From Macrostomum lignano (Eukaryota): a stretch of DNA of 64,000 bases. The position numbers and the translations under genes are program-made. Location of the stretch: assembly GCA_002269645.1 (NCBI GenBank), contig NIVC01002736.1, positions 34,473 to 98,472 of the forward strand, read 5' to 3'. The notes under the pieces are model-generated. The model was not told where the DNA came from. It searched no databases and worked only from the letters and a program-made list of their open reading frames with translations. Positions 52,574-62,461 of this stretch are shown in pieces. Position 1 is the first letter of the stretch. Each line of letters opens with the position of its first letter.

Positions 52574-53065
52574 ATGCTGCCACATCGGGTTGCATCATCA
52601 TCACTGAGGCTTGTCGGCCTGTGCAGAGCCCTATCAGCCAATTCGCTATTTCATCAGCAGCAAACTATCCGATGCTTGGCTTCTGGCCTATCGGCCACAG
52701 TAATACCCGGTCGTGGGCCGAATTTCCGACCAACCCGATCGCCGCTAACCCTCACCCAAGCGGCTGTTGATCGAGTCAAAGCTGCACTGGCCGAATCCAA
52801 CGGTTCAGCTAAAGCGTTGAGAATTGGCGTCAGAACAAGAGGATGCAATGGACTGTCGTATACGCTGGACTATGCCAGCGAGAAAGCGGCCATGGACGAG
52901 ACGGTTGAACAGGACGGGGTGACGGTCTACATCGATCGGAAGGCTCAGCTCACACTGCTAGGCACAGAGATGGACTACGTGAAGGGTCCGCTAGTTAGCG
53001 AGTTTGTCTTCTATAATCCCAACGCTAAAGGTACCTGCGGTTGCGGCGAAAGTTTCAATGTCTGA
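52574..53065 (+). CDS. ISCA1: Iron-sulfur cluster assembly 1 homolog, mitochondrial (intronless)
   Basis: N-terminal R/S/L-rich presequence; LRIGVRTRGCNGLSY, LTLLGTEMDY, EFVFYNPNAKGTCGCGESFNV. Confidence 0.96.
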   Translation: MLPHRVASSSLRLVGLCRALSANSLFHQQQTIRCLASGLSATVIPGRGPNFRPTRSPLTLTQAAVDRVKAALAESNGSAKALRIGVRTRGCNGLSYTLDYASEKAAMDETVEQDGVTVYIDRKAQLTLLGTEMDYVKGPLVSEFVFYNPNAKGTCGCGESFNV

Positions 53066-53888
53066 TTTTGTCTACCCGTAGTTAGTTACTCATCCTTGGT
53101 TGCTTGCACTGCTTGCTCGTCTGTCAAATCACGGATACTAAAAACATTAATAGTCAAATGAAATCTGGGGTTCCTATTGGTTGAGAAGTGTTTTGTCTAT
53201 GACCGACAAAACCGCATTCTATACGCCCAAGAGATACAGTCGTAGTGGGCGTAATAAAACAGAACAATTTATTTATTTGGCCCCAATAATTAAAATTTGT
53301 TTCCGAATGATATTACGAGTACATTTAATACCTGACACTTACACTAACTTTATTGACTAAATATCCAGGAGTCCAGAAGGTAAAGAGTGCAACATCTTGC
53401 TACTTACTAGAAGTAGCAATCCACGAATTTTCTTTGCTTTCATTTTCATCAAAAAATAAAGGATTAAAATGTTTATCATTTCTATGTTAATTGAATGAAG
53501 AGATTTCTATGAATTTTTGCTTACTAATAATTTTCGCTTGTGTACATATCTGGGGAAGTATTTTTGTTTCGTTTTATCGTGTATAGATTAAAACGTCTGA
53601 ATATACGGTAGATCCCTCTTGGTGTCAGTTAATGACTTCAGAATGGGATCTGATCAGATAAGAATATGATGGCCTTGTGAATTGACCTTCTCTGAAAAAA
53701 TGATAAATATAAGTTTCATTTAGAATAGCTCCGTTTGCATTAGTGATTTCATTTTATAAAATAACCGAATGTCTTTTTCTGTGTTTTTTCTTTATTCCAA
53801 TAGATTTAGCCAGTGCAATTTACAGAAACGTTCATTTATAGTCAGGGTCAAGCTGTCGGTCTAGCCAAATGTACATTGATACTTAAAA

Positions 53889-54040
53889 CTCTACCCTTCC
53901 CTCGCCTGATCCTCGTCTGGGCATGAAGGCCTATCGAAATGTACGTTGATATTTGAATCTCTACCCCTCTCTCGTCTGATCCTCGTCTGTGGGCATGAAG
54001 GCCTATCGAAATGTACGTTGATATTTGAATCTCTACCCCT
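53889..54040. repeat. Tandem duplication of a 70-72 bp unit (2 copies plus a partial)
   Basis: CTCTACCC...CTGATCCTCGTCT..GGGCATGAAGGCCTATCGAAATGTACGTTGATATTTGAAT occurs twice. Confidence 0.9.
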
Positions 54041-54564
54041 CCGCCCGAGTCTTATCTGCCTCATAGTGCAAATGTAACAGGTCGAATTTTAATCCAAAAC
54101 TGCCGTACAAAACTGTCTCCTCCTATTTCCTAGCAACTGCACATGCTGATAGTCAACATTCATAAGTTTTGTTTCCTGCATTTCTTTTTTTCGATTGGCG
54201 CTTCCGTTAATGAGCAACAGCATTAAGAACTTGTTACAACTTGTTAAAAATCGATCGAAATAAGAAATAAGCCTCTTGTCTGTGGCAGTCACCCATTCTT
54301 ACAATAGCGATTTCAGCCCGTCCTTTGTATGACCTTTATCTATGCTGATAGATAAAGTAAAATAGACTGCCAACTTTACGAGTAGTAATACACTTGCTAC
54401 TTGTAGGTAAAGAAACCAAACAGTATTTTTTTGCAACAGCGCTACTCATAGTTCATATCCGATTTTATTCGTTCTCTAACAAACGATAATTAGTTGATCG
54501 AATTACACCAGATTTACTTCTCAAAAATATTGGTTTATTCCATCCTCTGTAACTCTCAGTCTTC

Positions 54565-55214
54565 TTAACGCGAGCCAATTCTGTTAGTCGTCCCAGTTTC
54601 GATTTCATCTTGCATTGCCGTCTCATCAAACTCATACGGTGCAACTTGCAACTCAAAAGACAGCGGCCATATTGGATCCTGTGGGATTGGCTATGTGGTT
54701 GTTATCGTTGTCTTCGTCTTAATAGGTAAAGACTATTAATAGAGACATCACTTACCAGGCGTTTGTAAGCCTTGAGTCTGGCTAATAGCAGGTGTTGCAG
54801 GTCTACCTGGTTCCCAATTGTCATCGGCTCATCTAGCGAGCCCTGGGAGTCATGGACAGCGCTCTTCAGAGCTCGTTTAACATTCCCTGCGAAGTATTTC
54901 GACCGCGAGTTAAATGACTAAAAAACAGCTAGAGCATCACATTACCATGTACAAGTATGGAAGTACTCACACGAGTAGCAGTAGTGCAAATTGATGTGGT
55001 CGGAACAAACTGAAACGTAAATTACAAATCGTCTAGTGAGAAAATTTTCTGCTCAGTCAAACTTGATACAAAGCTTTTTTAAAAAAAACGCATGGTCTAT
55101 TTTCTTGAACAAAGACCTACCAGCATGAGAGTCTCCGAACTCGATCAGACAAGCAGCACAGAGAGCTACAATCAGCAGCTTCCAGGATCGATTTGTTCCA
55201 GCTAGCGACATCAT
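54565..55214 (-). CDS. Putative neuropeptide precursor (~125 aa); exons 55214-55121, 55009-54971, 54886-54756, 54678-54565
   Basis: Canonical GT-AG introns with matching phases give MMSLAGTNRSWKLLIVALCAACLIEFGDS-HAVCSDHINLHYCYSWNV-KR-ALKSAVHDSQGSLDEPMTIGNQVDLQHLLLARLKAY-KR-LDPIWPLSFELQVAPYEFDETAMQDEIETGTTNRIGSR*. Signal peptide, two KR sites, AATAAA ~26 nt after the stop. The last acceptor is less certain. Confidence 0.7.
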
Positions 55215-55744
55215 GGTTATGATGATTGATTAGCTTTCTAAGAAAAGATTACCAAAATGGACGATCCAACACTCGATTTGCTTCAAATACAGCTGTGTAT
55301 TTCAGCCGTATATATCATGCACAAAGCTGAATTTTATCGAATATAAAAATCCTTAACTGTGATTCGTTGGGCATTCTGAATGGTCCTGCAGTCCAGTCTA
55401 TGCAGACGGAATCTATATCGGCAGCTATACTACTAATAGTATCATAATACATTTATAGTCACTGGATAAACGGACCTCTGAATAATTTATGCACGACAAC
55501 CCACGGGTTCATTTCCAAGTGTGACGTCATCACGCTTTTACTTACACGATGTACATTGAACACAGATTGATGGTGCTTAATAAACGTTACTCATCAGGTA
55601 AAAACGTTACTATAGATTTACATGTATACTAGCCTCCCCCTTCGGGGCGGCCAAAAAATACGTGTAGGCAAGGAACGAAGGTTGTTTATGTGGATCCCAT
55701 TTGCCTTTATCCTATTTAGCAATTTCCCTTGTAATATTTGGCAA

Positions 55745-55905
55745 ATGAGTGCCTGCAGCGCTAAAATGAGTTCCTGCGGCGCCAAAATGATTACATCAGG
55801 CGTCAAAATGGATGTCTACCTGTAACGCAAAAATGAGTACCTGCGGCGAAAAAAGGAGTGCCTATGGTACCAAAATGAATGTCTTCCTGCGGCTCGGCGC
55901 TAAAA
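55745..55905. repeat. Degenerate ~21-bp tandem (AAAATGAGTNCCTGCGGCGC)
   Basis: About 7 diverged copies read directly. Confidence 0.7.
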
Positions 55906-57109
55906 ATTATAGATTTATAACTGTAATCGTTAAAAAGATCTATGACCCCAATATATCAGCACAGGTATACTAATATAGCATTTTTATTGAAGATTTTATT
56001 TAAGAATTCGAGCACTCATTCAGGGCATTGCCAATCGCATTTAAAGTTTCTACTTTCGTCTATGGTTAAACACCGTCTATGGCACAGGCACGGACTGAGC
56101 ATGAATTAAGACACAGACATGCAGCAGATGCTAATAAAGTTGTATAGTCCACGGGACGAAATCAATCTACAGGGTTGGCGTTCCATGGTACTGCAGAGAC
56201 CCTGGAGTGGATCACTCTGTCCTTGCCTCGCTGTTTGGCCCGTGAAAACATGATTGAGCACATGGGTTCTGAAGGTTTAGTCACAGTTGCAGACTTTCTG
56301 CATGCGTCACAAACTACACGATCTTGTCTAATGGCTCTGAGTTTAATGTCTGGCGGCTTCAACTGTTGGATGTCTGAAATTCAATGCTCTTCTCAATACA
56401 CGGTTTTGGTCATAGACAATCGTGGAAGCGCGGGTTGAATACCGCTTGGCCGTATCTTGAATCGAATGCACGACTTCTTAAATTAGCTGAAAATGCTAAT
56501 TTTTCTCCCATAGCCAATTTTCTACAATATTTTGCAATCGAATTTTTATTTCTTTCCTTGAAGAAGCTGTCACAGATTTTTCGCTCAGCTAACCAAGTAG
56601 AGTATTTAATCAGCTGCCCACAACAGCTGAACGGCTGCGTGACAAAGCGTGAATTGAGAAATTGAAGAGAATTCGTCAATTCACAATGACAGCTTCTCAT
56701 AAAATTAGAATTCTATCGTTTGGCACGATTGATAAGCAATAAAGAGCAATGCATTAATAAAGCTCTAATGGTGTAAAATCGACGACAAGAAAGTTGGAAT
56801 TACATAGTATTTACCATTTTATAAATCTACCAAATTTATTCAATAATTATGATCATTGATTTATAAAAGTTTTAGATGTGCGGTATAATTAACTGTAAAC
56901 TATGAGAACGACATCGAGGTACGAATCGAACGCATAGCATAATAAATATAACTGATTATTATAGTACTCAAAATTGCATATCGTATTTACACCGAGTGCA
57001 GAGTAGTCCAGAGTCAAATTAAGCATCAAAGTTTTACAACAGTAATATTATCCACACAGTCACGTGCAAATAATAAAATAGTTCTCCAAATTTTTTTACA
57101 TATAAGAAG

Positions 57110-57430
57110 CGCTCCTTATCACCCATTGGCTAAAGCCCCCACCCCACCCCTAGAGAATCCTAGAATATACAGCTAGACTAAGATAAGAGAAACTCATCGC
57201 TCATTGGCTAGAGACCCCACCCCACCCCAGAGAATACGAAAATGTACAGCTAGACTAAGATAAGAGAAACTCCTTTTCGCTCATTGGCTAGAGACCCCAC
57301 CCTACCCCACCCTAGTTCTAGAAAATCCCAGAATGTACAGCTAGACTAAGATAAGAGAAGCCCCTTATCGCTCATTGGCTGGAGCCCCCACCCCACCCCA
57401 GTTCCAGGGAATCCGAGAATGTACGCAGCT
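57110..57430. repeat. Four ~80-90 bp tandem units carrying CCAAT, CCCCACCC and AGATAAGA motifs
   Basis: CATTGGCT at 57124, 57202, 57282, 57373. Confidence 0.85.
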
Positions 57431-57595
57431 AAAAGCAACTACTCGATGTTGGTTGGCTAAACCCAGTCACTCTTATCGAAGTTGGTGATACACAAAAAAT
57501 GTTAACAATTGTTGAGTTTGTGTTTCTTGTTTAAAGAAGTGCCTTTCAAAATATCAATTTTTAAGACATTTTAAGACAGCTGAATTCATTTATAA

Positions 57596-59942
57596 TCAGC
57601 CCTCCATTAGCGACTGCTCGCACACCTGACGCTCGAGCGAGAATCGATAAGCGTACTCTGCTTCAATTTGTTCTGGCGACTTGATAACAATTTCATTTAA
57701 ATTAAAACCGCCAATCGTGGCCGCTTCGGAGCTGGCGTTCCCGCCCCAGCGTCGGCTGAGCTCGAATGGTATGCCGGACAATGGGTCGCGAATTTTGCTC
57801 GGCTGCCGACTCGGCGGAGGTCGCTGCGGCTGTACATTGATCTGTTGGACTCCGGCTCCTCGCTGCTGCTGCGACTGCGACTTCTGCTGCTCCACCGGGC
57901 CGTTCTTGACGCACAGAGTGAAACTGTTGAACTCGCTGTTTGCGGGTGGCAATTGGATGAACTAGTTACCGAGTGCCTGCTGTCTATCTCATATCTCATC
58001 TCACCCCTATCCTGCTCTCAATCTCACCCTATCCTACTCTCGATCTCACCCTATCCTATTCTCAAACTCACCCTATCCTTACTCTCAATCTCACCCTATC
58101 CTTACTCTCAATCTCACCCTATCCTTCTCTCAATCTCACCCTATCCTTACTCTCAATCTCACCCTATCCTTCTCTCAATCTCACCCTATCCTTACTCTCA
58201 ATCTCACCCTATCCTTCTCTCAATCTCACCCTATCCTTACTCTCAAACTCACCCTATCTTTCTCTCAATCTCACTCTATCCTATTCTCAAACTCACCCTA
58301 TCCTTACTCTCAAACTCACCCTATCCTATTCTCAAACTCACCCTATCCTTACTCTCAATCTCACCCTATTCTATTCTCAAAGTCACCCTATCCTTACTCT
58401 CAATCTCACTCTGTCCTATTCTCAAACTCACCCTTTCCTTACTCTCAATCTCACCCTATCCTATTCTCAATCTCACCCTATCCTTACTCTCAATCTCACC
58501 CTATCCTATTCTCAAACTCACCCTATCCTTACTCTCAATCTCACCCTATCCTTCTCTCAATCTCACCCTATCCTTCTCTCAATCTCACCCTATCCTATTT
58601 TCAAACTCACCCTATCCTTACTCTCAATCTCACCCTATCCTTACTCTCAATCTGACCCTATCCTTGCTCTCAATCTCACCCTATCCTTACTCTCAATCTC
58701 ACCCTATCCTACTCTCAATCTCACCCTATCTTTACTCTCAATCTCACCCTATCCTATTCTCAAAATCACCCTATCCTTACTCTCAATCTCACCCTATCCT
58801 TCTCTCAAACTCACCCTATCCTTACTCTCAATCTCACCCTATCCTATTCTCAAACTCACCCTATCCTTACTCTCAATCTCACCCTATCCTTCTCTCAATC
58901 TCACCCTATCCTTCTCTCAATCTCACCCTATCCTATTTCAAACTCACCCTATCCTTACTCTCAATCTCACCCTATCCTTCTCTCAATCTCACCCTATCCT
59001 TCTCTCGATCTCACCCTATCCTTCTCTCAATCTCACCCTATCCTTCTCTCGATCTCACCCTATCCTACTCTCAATCTCACCCGATGACAGCGTATCCGGC
59101 GGGAGGGCGCTTCTGCTTCCCCAGCAGAATGATGTCATTAATAGCCGAAGTGGCCTCGGATTTGCGCTGCATCTTCACAGCCAGTTGCTTCTTTTTCAAC
59201 GCCTTCTCCTCTGCAATAAAGAAACGAATATAAAACACTTGATTTACTACTTAATAAAGCAGTAGAAAATACTGCAAAAATTACAAATACGCATAAAATG
59301 GGAAAAGCACACAAAATAGTTTATAGCTTATAAAAATTTAGAGTTTATAAAGTTTCGAGTTTATGAAGTTTCAGGTTCGTGAAGTTTCGAGTTTATGAAG
59401 TTTCGTGTTCATGAAGTTTCGAGTTTTTTAAGTTTCGAGTTCATAAAGTTTCGTGTTCATGAAATTTCGAGTTTTTGAAGTCTCAAGTTCATGAAGTTTC
59501 GAGTTCATGAAGTTTCGAGTTCATGAAGTTTCGTGTTAATGAAGTTTCGTGTTTTTGAAGTTTCGAGTTTATAAAGTTTTGAGTTCATGAAGTAACTCAC
59601 GAGTATCGCAGGTGGTCTCAATGATAGTGAACTGATCCGGCACATCCATCGGGCCATTGCAGACGGCTAAATCGCAGAGCACCTGGTCGGAGTCCTGATA
59701 ACTAACACACAGGTAGCGCGTCACTCGCCGACTCAAGAAACCGTCTTTCCACAGGTCGGCATCTTCGCGACTGTCGTGAGTCTGCGTAATCTGTAAGAGA
59801 AATTTAATTAATTAATTTACTCTTTTACAATTGGGAAGTTAAATAGTTGTAAGCTTGACCGCATTATACTACTTACAGGCGAGTATTTCGGTGGCGCTTT
59901 GTTCGGATCCGTGACAATTTTCAGGTCCGTTATGTTGGCCAT
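57596..59942 (-). CDS. MVB12: Multivesicular body subunit 12 (ESCRT-I; MABP + UMA domains); exons 59942(59967)-59877, 59790-59601, 59210-59081, 57935-57596, plus a 17-nt 5' exon 61206-61190
   Basis: Spliced 241 aa: MANITDLKIVTDPNKAPPKYSP-ITQTHDSREDADLWKDGFLSRRVTRYLC...QEKALKKKQLAVK..INDIILLGKQKRPPAGYAVIGEFNS...LSGIPFEL...EYAYRFSLERQV. DLWKDG..VTRYLC and the C-terminal UMA motif match MVB12/FAM125. Confidence 0.9.
57990..59080. repeat. Intronic 21-23 bp minisatellite TCTCAATCTCACCCTATCCTTAC containing the MVB12 5' splice-site motif in each unit
   Basis: Read directly; the - strand unit is GGATAGG-GTGAGATTGAGAGTAA. Confidence 0.95.
59335..59592. repeat. Intronic 16-bp minisatellite AAGTTTCGAGTTCATG
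   Basis: Read directly. Confidence 0.9.
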
Positions 59943-60139
59943 CGGATTGAGTAGATATTTTTTGTAGCTGTCAATCACTCAGACAAAAGGAAAGATATCT
60001 AGTTTGACCAATTTTGATAGCTAGCTGTATTGGAGACCTAAACCGTGGGGGTGAATCATGCAGTAAAATTCAATATTTTTAATAATCACGTTTTTTCTCA
60101 AGCTAGCTATTCCCAATATCAACATTACCCTTTAACTGG

Positions 60140-60980
60140 CCTGTCCAATCTGACTACTAGTCCATCTAATCTGACTACTAGTCCATCTAATCTGACTACT
60201 AGTCCATCTAATCTGACTACTAGTCCATCTAATCTGACTACTAGTCTATCTAATCTGACTACTAGTCTATCCAATTTGATTACTAGTCCATCCAATCTGA
60301 TTACTAGTCTATTCAATCTGATTACTAGTCTATCCAATCTGATTACTAGTCTATCCAATCTGATTACTAGTCTATCCAATCTGATTACTAGTCTATCCAA
60401 TCTGATTACTAGTCTATCCAATCTGATTACTAGTCTATCCAATCTGATTACTAGTCTATCCAATCTGACTACTAGTCTATCCAATCTGACTACTAGTCTA
60501 TCCAAGCTGATTACTAGTCCATCCAATCTGATTACTAGTCTATCCAATCTGATTACTAGTCTATCCAATCTGATTACTAGTCTATCCAATCAGATTACTA
60601 GTCTATCCAATCAGATTACTAGTCCATCCAATCTGATTACTAGTCCATCCAATCTGATTACTAGTCTATCCAATCTGATTACTAGTCTATCCAATCTGAT
60701 TACTAGTCTATTCAATCTGATTACTAGTCTATTCAATCTGACTACTAGTCTATCCAATCTGACTACTAGTCTATCCAATCTGATTACTAGTCTATCCAAT
60801 CTGATTACTGGTCCATCCAATCTGATTACTAGTCTATCCAATCTGATTACTAGTCTATCCAATCTGATTACTGGTCCATCCAATCTGATTACTAGTCTAT
60901 CCAATCTGACTACTAGTCTATCCAAGCTGATTACTAGTCCATCCAATCTGATTACTAGTCTATCCAATCTGATTACTACC
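60140..60980. repeat. 21-bp minisatellite CTAGTCTATCCAATCTGATTA in MVB12 intron 1
   Basis: Read directly; 7-aa period SLSNLIT. Confidence 0.95.
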
Positions 60981-61206
60981 ATTTGCGATCTGCAAAAAAT
61001 TAAAGAACAACACAAGCAACTGGATGCCAAATATTTCCAATCAGAAATTGAGTAAAAAAACGAGACAAAAATGCTACTTACGCACGCGTGATAACGCTTA
61101 CTTCTGAATTACATCAACATTACCCTTACCAACTAACTGCAAATTAGTATTCCTTAGTATTTGTTTTCTTCTATTATTAAAAAACGTACCCAATGTCCTC
61201 TGTCTT

Positions 61207-61245
61207 CTGAAGAACAAAATAGATTAACAATCAGTCAATCAACAT
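61207..61245 (-). promoter_or_regulatory. Strong unpaired splice acceptor between NudC and MVB12 (candidate SL trans-splice site)
   Basis: - strand: gattgactgattgttaatctattttgttcttcag|aagacagaggacattgg|gtacgt, ~240 bp after the stop of intronless NudC. Confidence 0.55.
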
Positions 61246-61447
61246 ACGGAATTAGCGAATGGGAAACGTTATTTTAACGATAAGAGGAACGCGTTTAGAT
61301 ATATTACTGTCAGTAGTTTTATAGCGAATCGATTGATTTTGCCGAGTCTAGAACAGATATTAATTATTAACCGAATTTTAGTCTATTAAAGTTGACAGCA
61401 GGCGTTTGTTTGTTTAAAGACACGTCAGCTTCAGACGCCAGAGGCTT

Positions 61448-62461
61448 TCAATTGAACTTGCAATTAGAAAAGTCCATCTCCGGATGTTGCTTCATAAATT
61501 TCTGCAATATTTCATTCTTCTTTTGATCTTCGCTAGTTGGCAAGCCGAGCTCCTTCTGCCTCTGGTCGTACATCATCTTCTCAACAATTGATCTAGTCTC
61601 GCCGTCCAGATCGCTCAGCTTAGAATTCTCCGGTTCAACTTTTTTAGTGTTAATAACCGGATCAGTGGTGACAACTTGACCCCACCATTCCATCTGGTTG
61701 ACCTTCTCTAGGCAGATAATCAGAGTCTTGCCCTCGTCCAGAGTCCAAGTGGACTCGTCCGGTTTAATATGATGAGCCAATTGGCCGTGCAGAATCGGCG
61801 GCTGATTGCGCAATCCGGCGGTTATGTCAGACTTGGTAATGCTCACAGTCAGATCCCGGCCCTTCACCTTCACTGGCAGTGGGACTCGAATCTCAAGATC
61901 CCTCAGCGTCTGTGTCCAACTGTAATTCTCATAGTCGCCTCCATTGCCAGCATTCGGCTTCATCTTGCCCTTGTCCTCAGCGGATTCTTCCTCTTCAGCG
62001 GCATCGCCGTCGCCTTCTTTTTTCTTTGTAGTAGTAGCAGTAGCCGCCTCGCCATTGTCCGACTCTTTCGCCGTTGTTGATGAAGACGCCGGGGCATCAT
62101 TCGATTTTTTGTTCTTTTCGGCGTCTAATTCTTTCTGAAGCTGTTCCGCTTCGGCGTCAGTTAGTTCTTGGACTCGCGGGTCGCCGGCGGCGGCTTTTGC
62201 GGCGGCCTGTTTCTCGCGTTTTTTAGCTTCAGCCTCGGCTTTCTCTTTGGCTCGCTTCTCTTCAGCCTGGCGTTTGTGCAGTCGGAATGCTTTGAGCACG
62301 AGCTGTTCGCAGTCTTTGCTGCCCTGACCAACATAGAAATCTGTGCGCCTAGCCAAGAAGCCAAAGAATGTGTCCAGGATTTCAACTACGCCGCCCTCTT
62401 TGCACTGCTCGGCAATTGTCATGTAGACATTGTCGCAGTAGGATTGCTTCTGCTCATCCAT
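61448..62461 (-). CDS. NUDC: Nuclear migration protein NudC (intronless; ATG at 62461, 337 aa)
   Basis: [13 protein letters not shown]-terminal domain; [23 protein letters not shown] domain; [10 protein letters not shown]; [31 protein letters not shown]; [11 protein letters not shown]. Confidence 0.96.
   Translation of the reverse strand: MDEQKQSYCDNVYMTIAEQCKEGGVVEILDTFFGFLARRTDFYVGQGSKDCEQLVLKAFRLHKRQAEEKRAKEKAEAEAKKREKQAAAKAAAGDPRVQELTDAEAEQLQKELDAEKNKKSNDAPASSSTTAKESDNGEAATATTTKKKEGDGDAAEEEESAEDKGKMKPNAGNGGDYENYSWTQTLRDLEIRVPLPVKVKGRDLTVSITKSDITAGLRNQPPILHGQLAHHIKPDESTWTLDEGKTLIICLEKVNQMEWWGQVVTTDPVINTKKVEPENSKLSDLDGETRSIVEKMMYDQRQKELGLPTSEDQKKNEILQKFMKQHPEMDFSNCKFN

Noticed and set aside
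56162-56700. Overlapping short ORFs on both strands with candidate acceptors
   Set aside because: Several incompatible models and none recognisable; needs RNA data.
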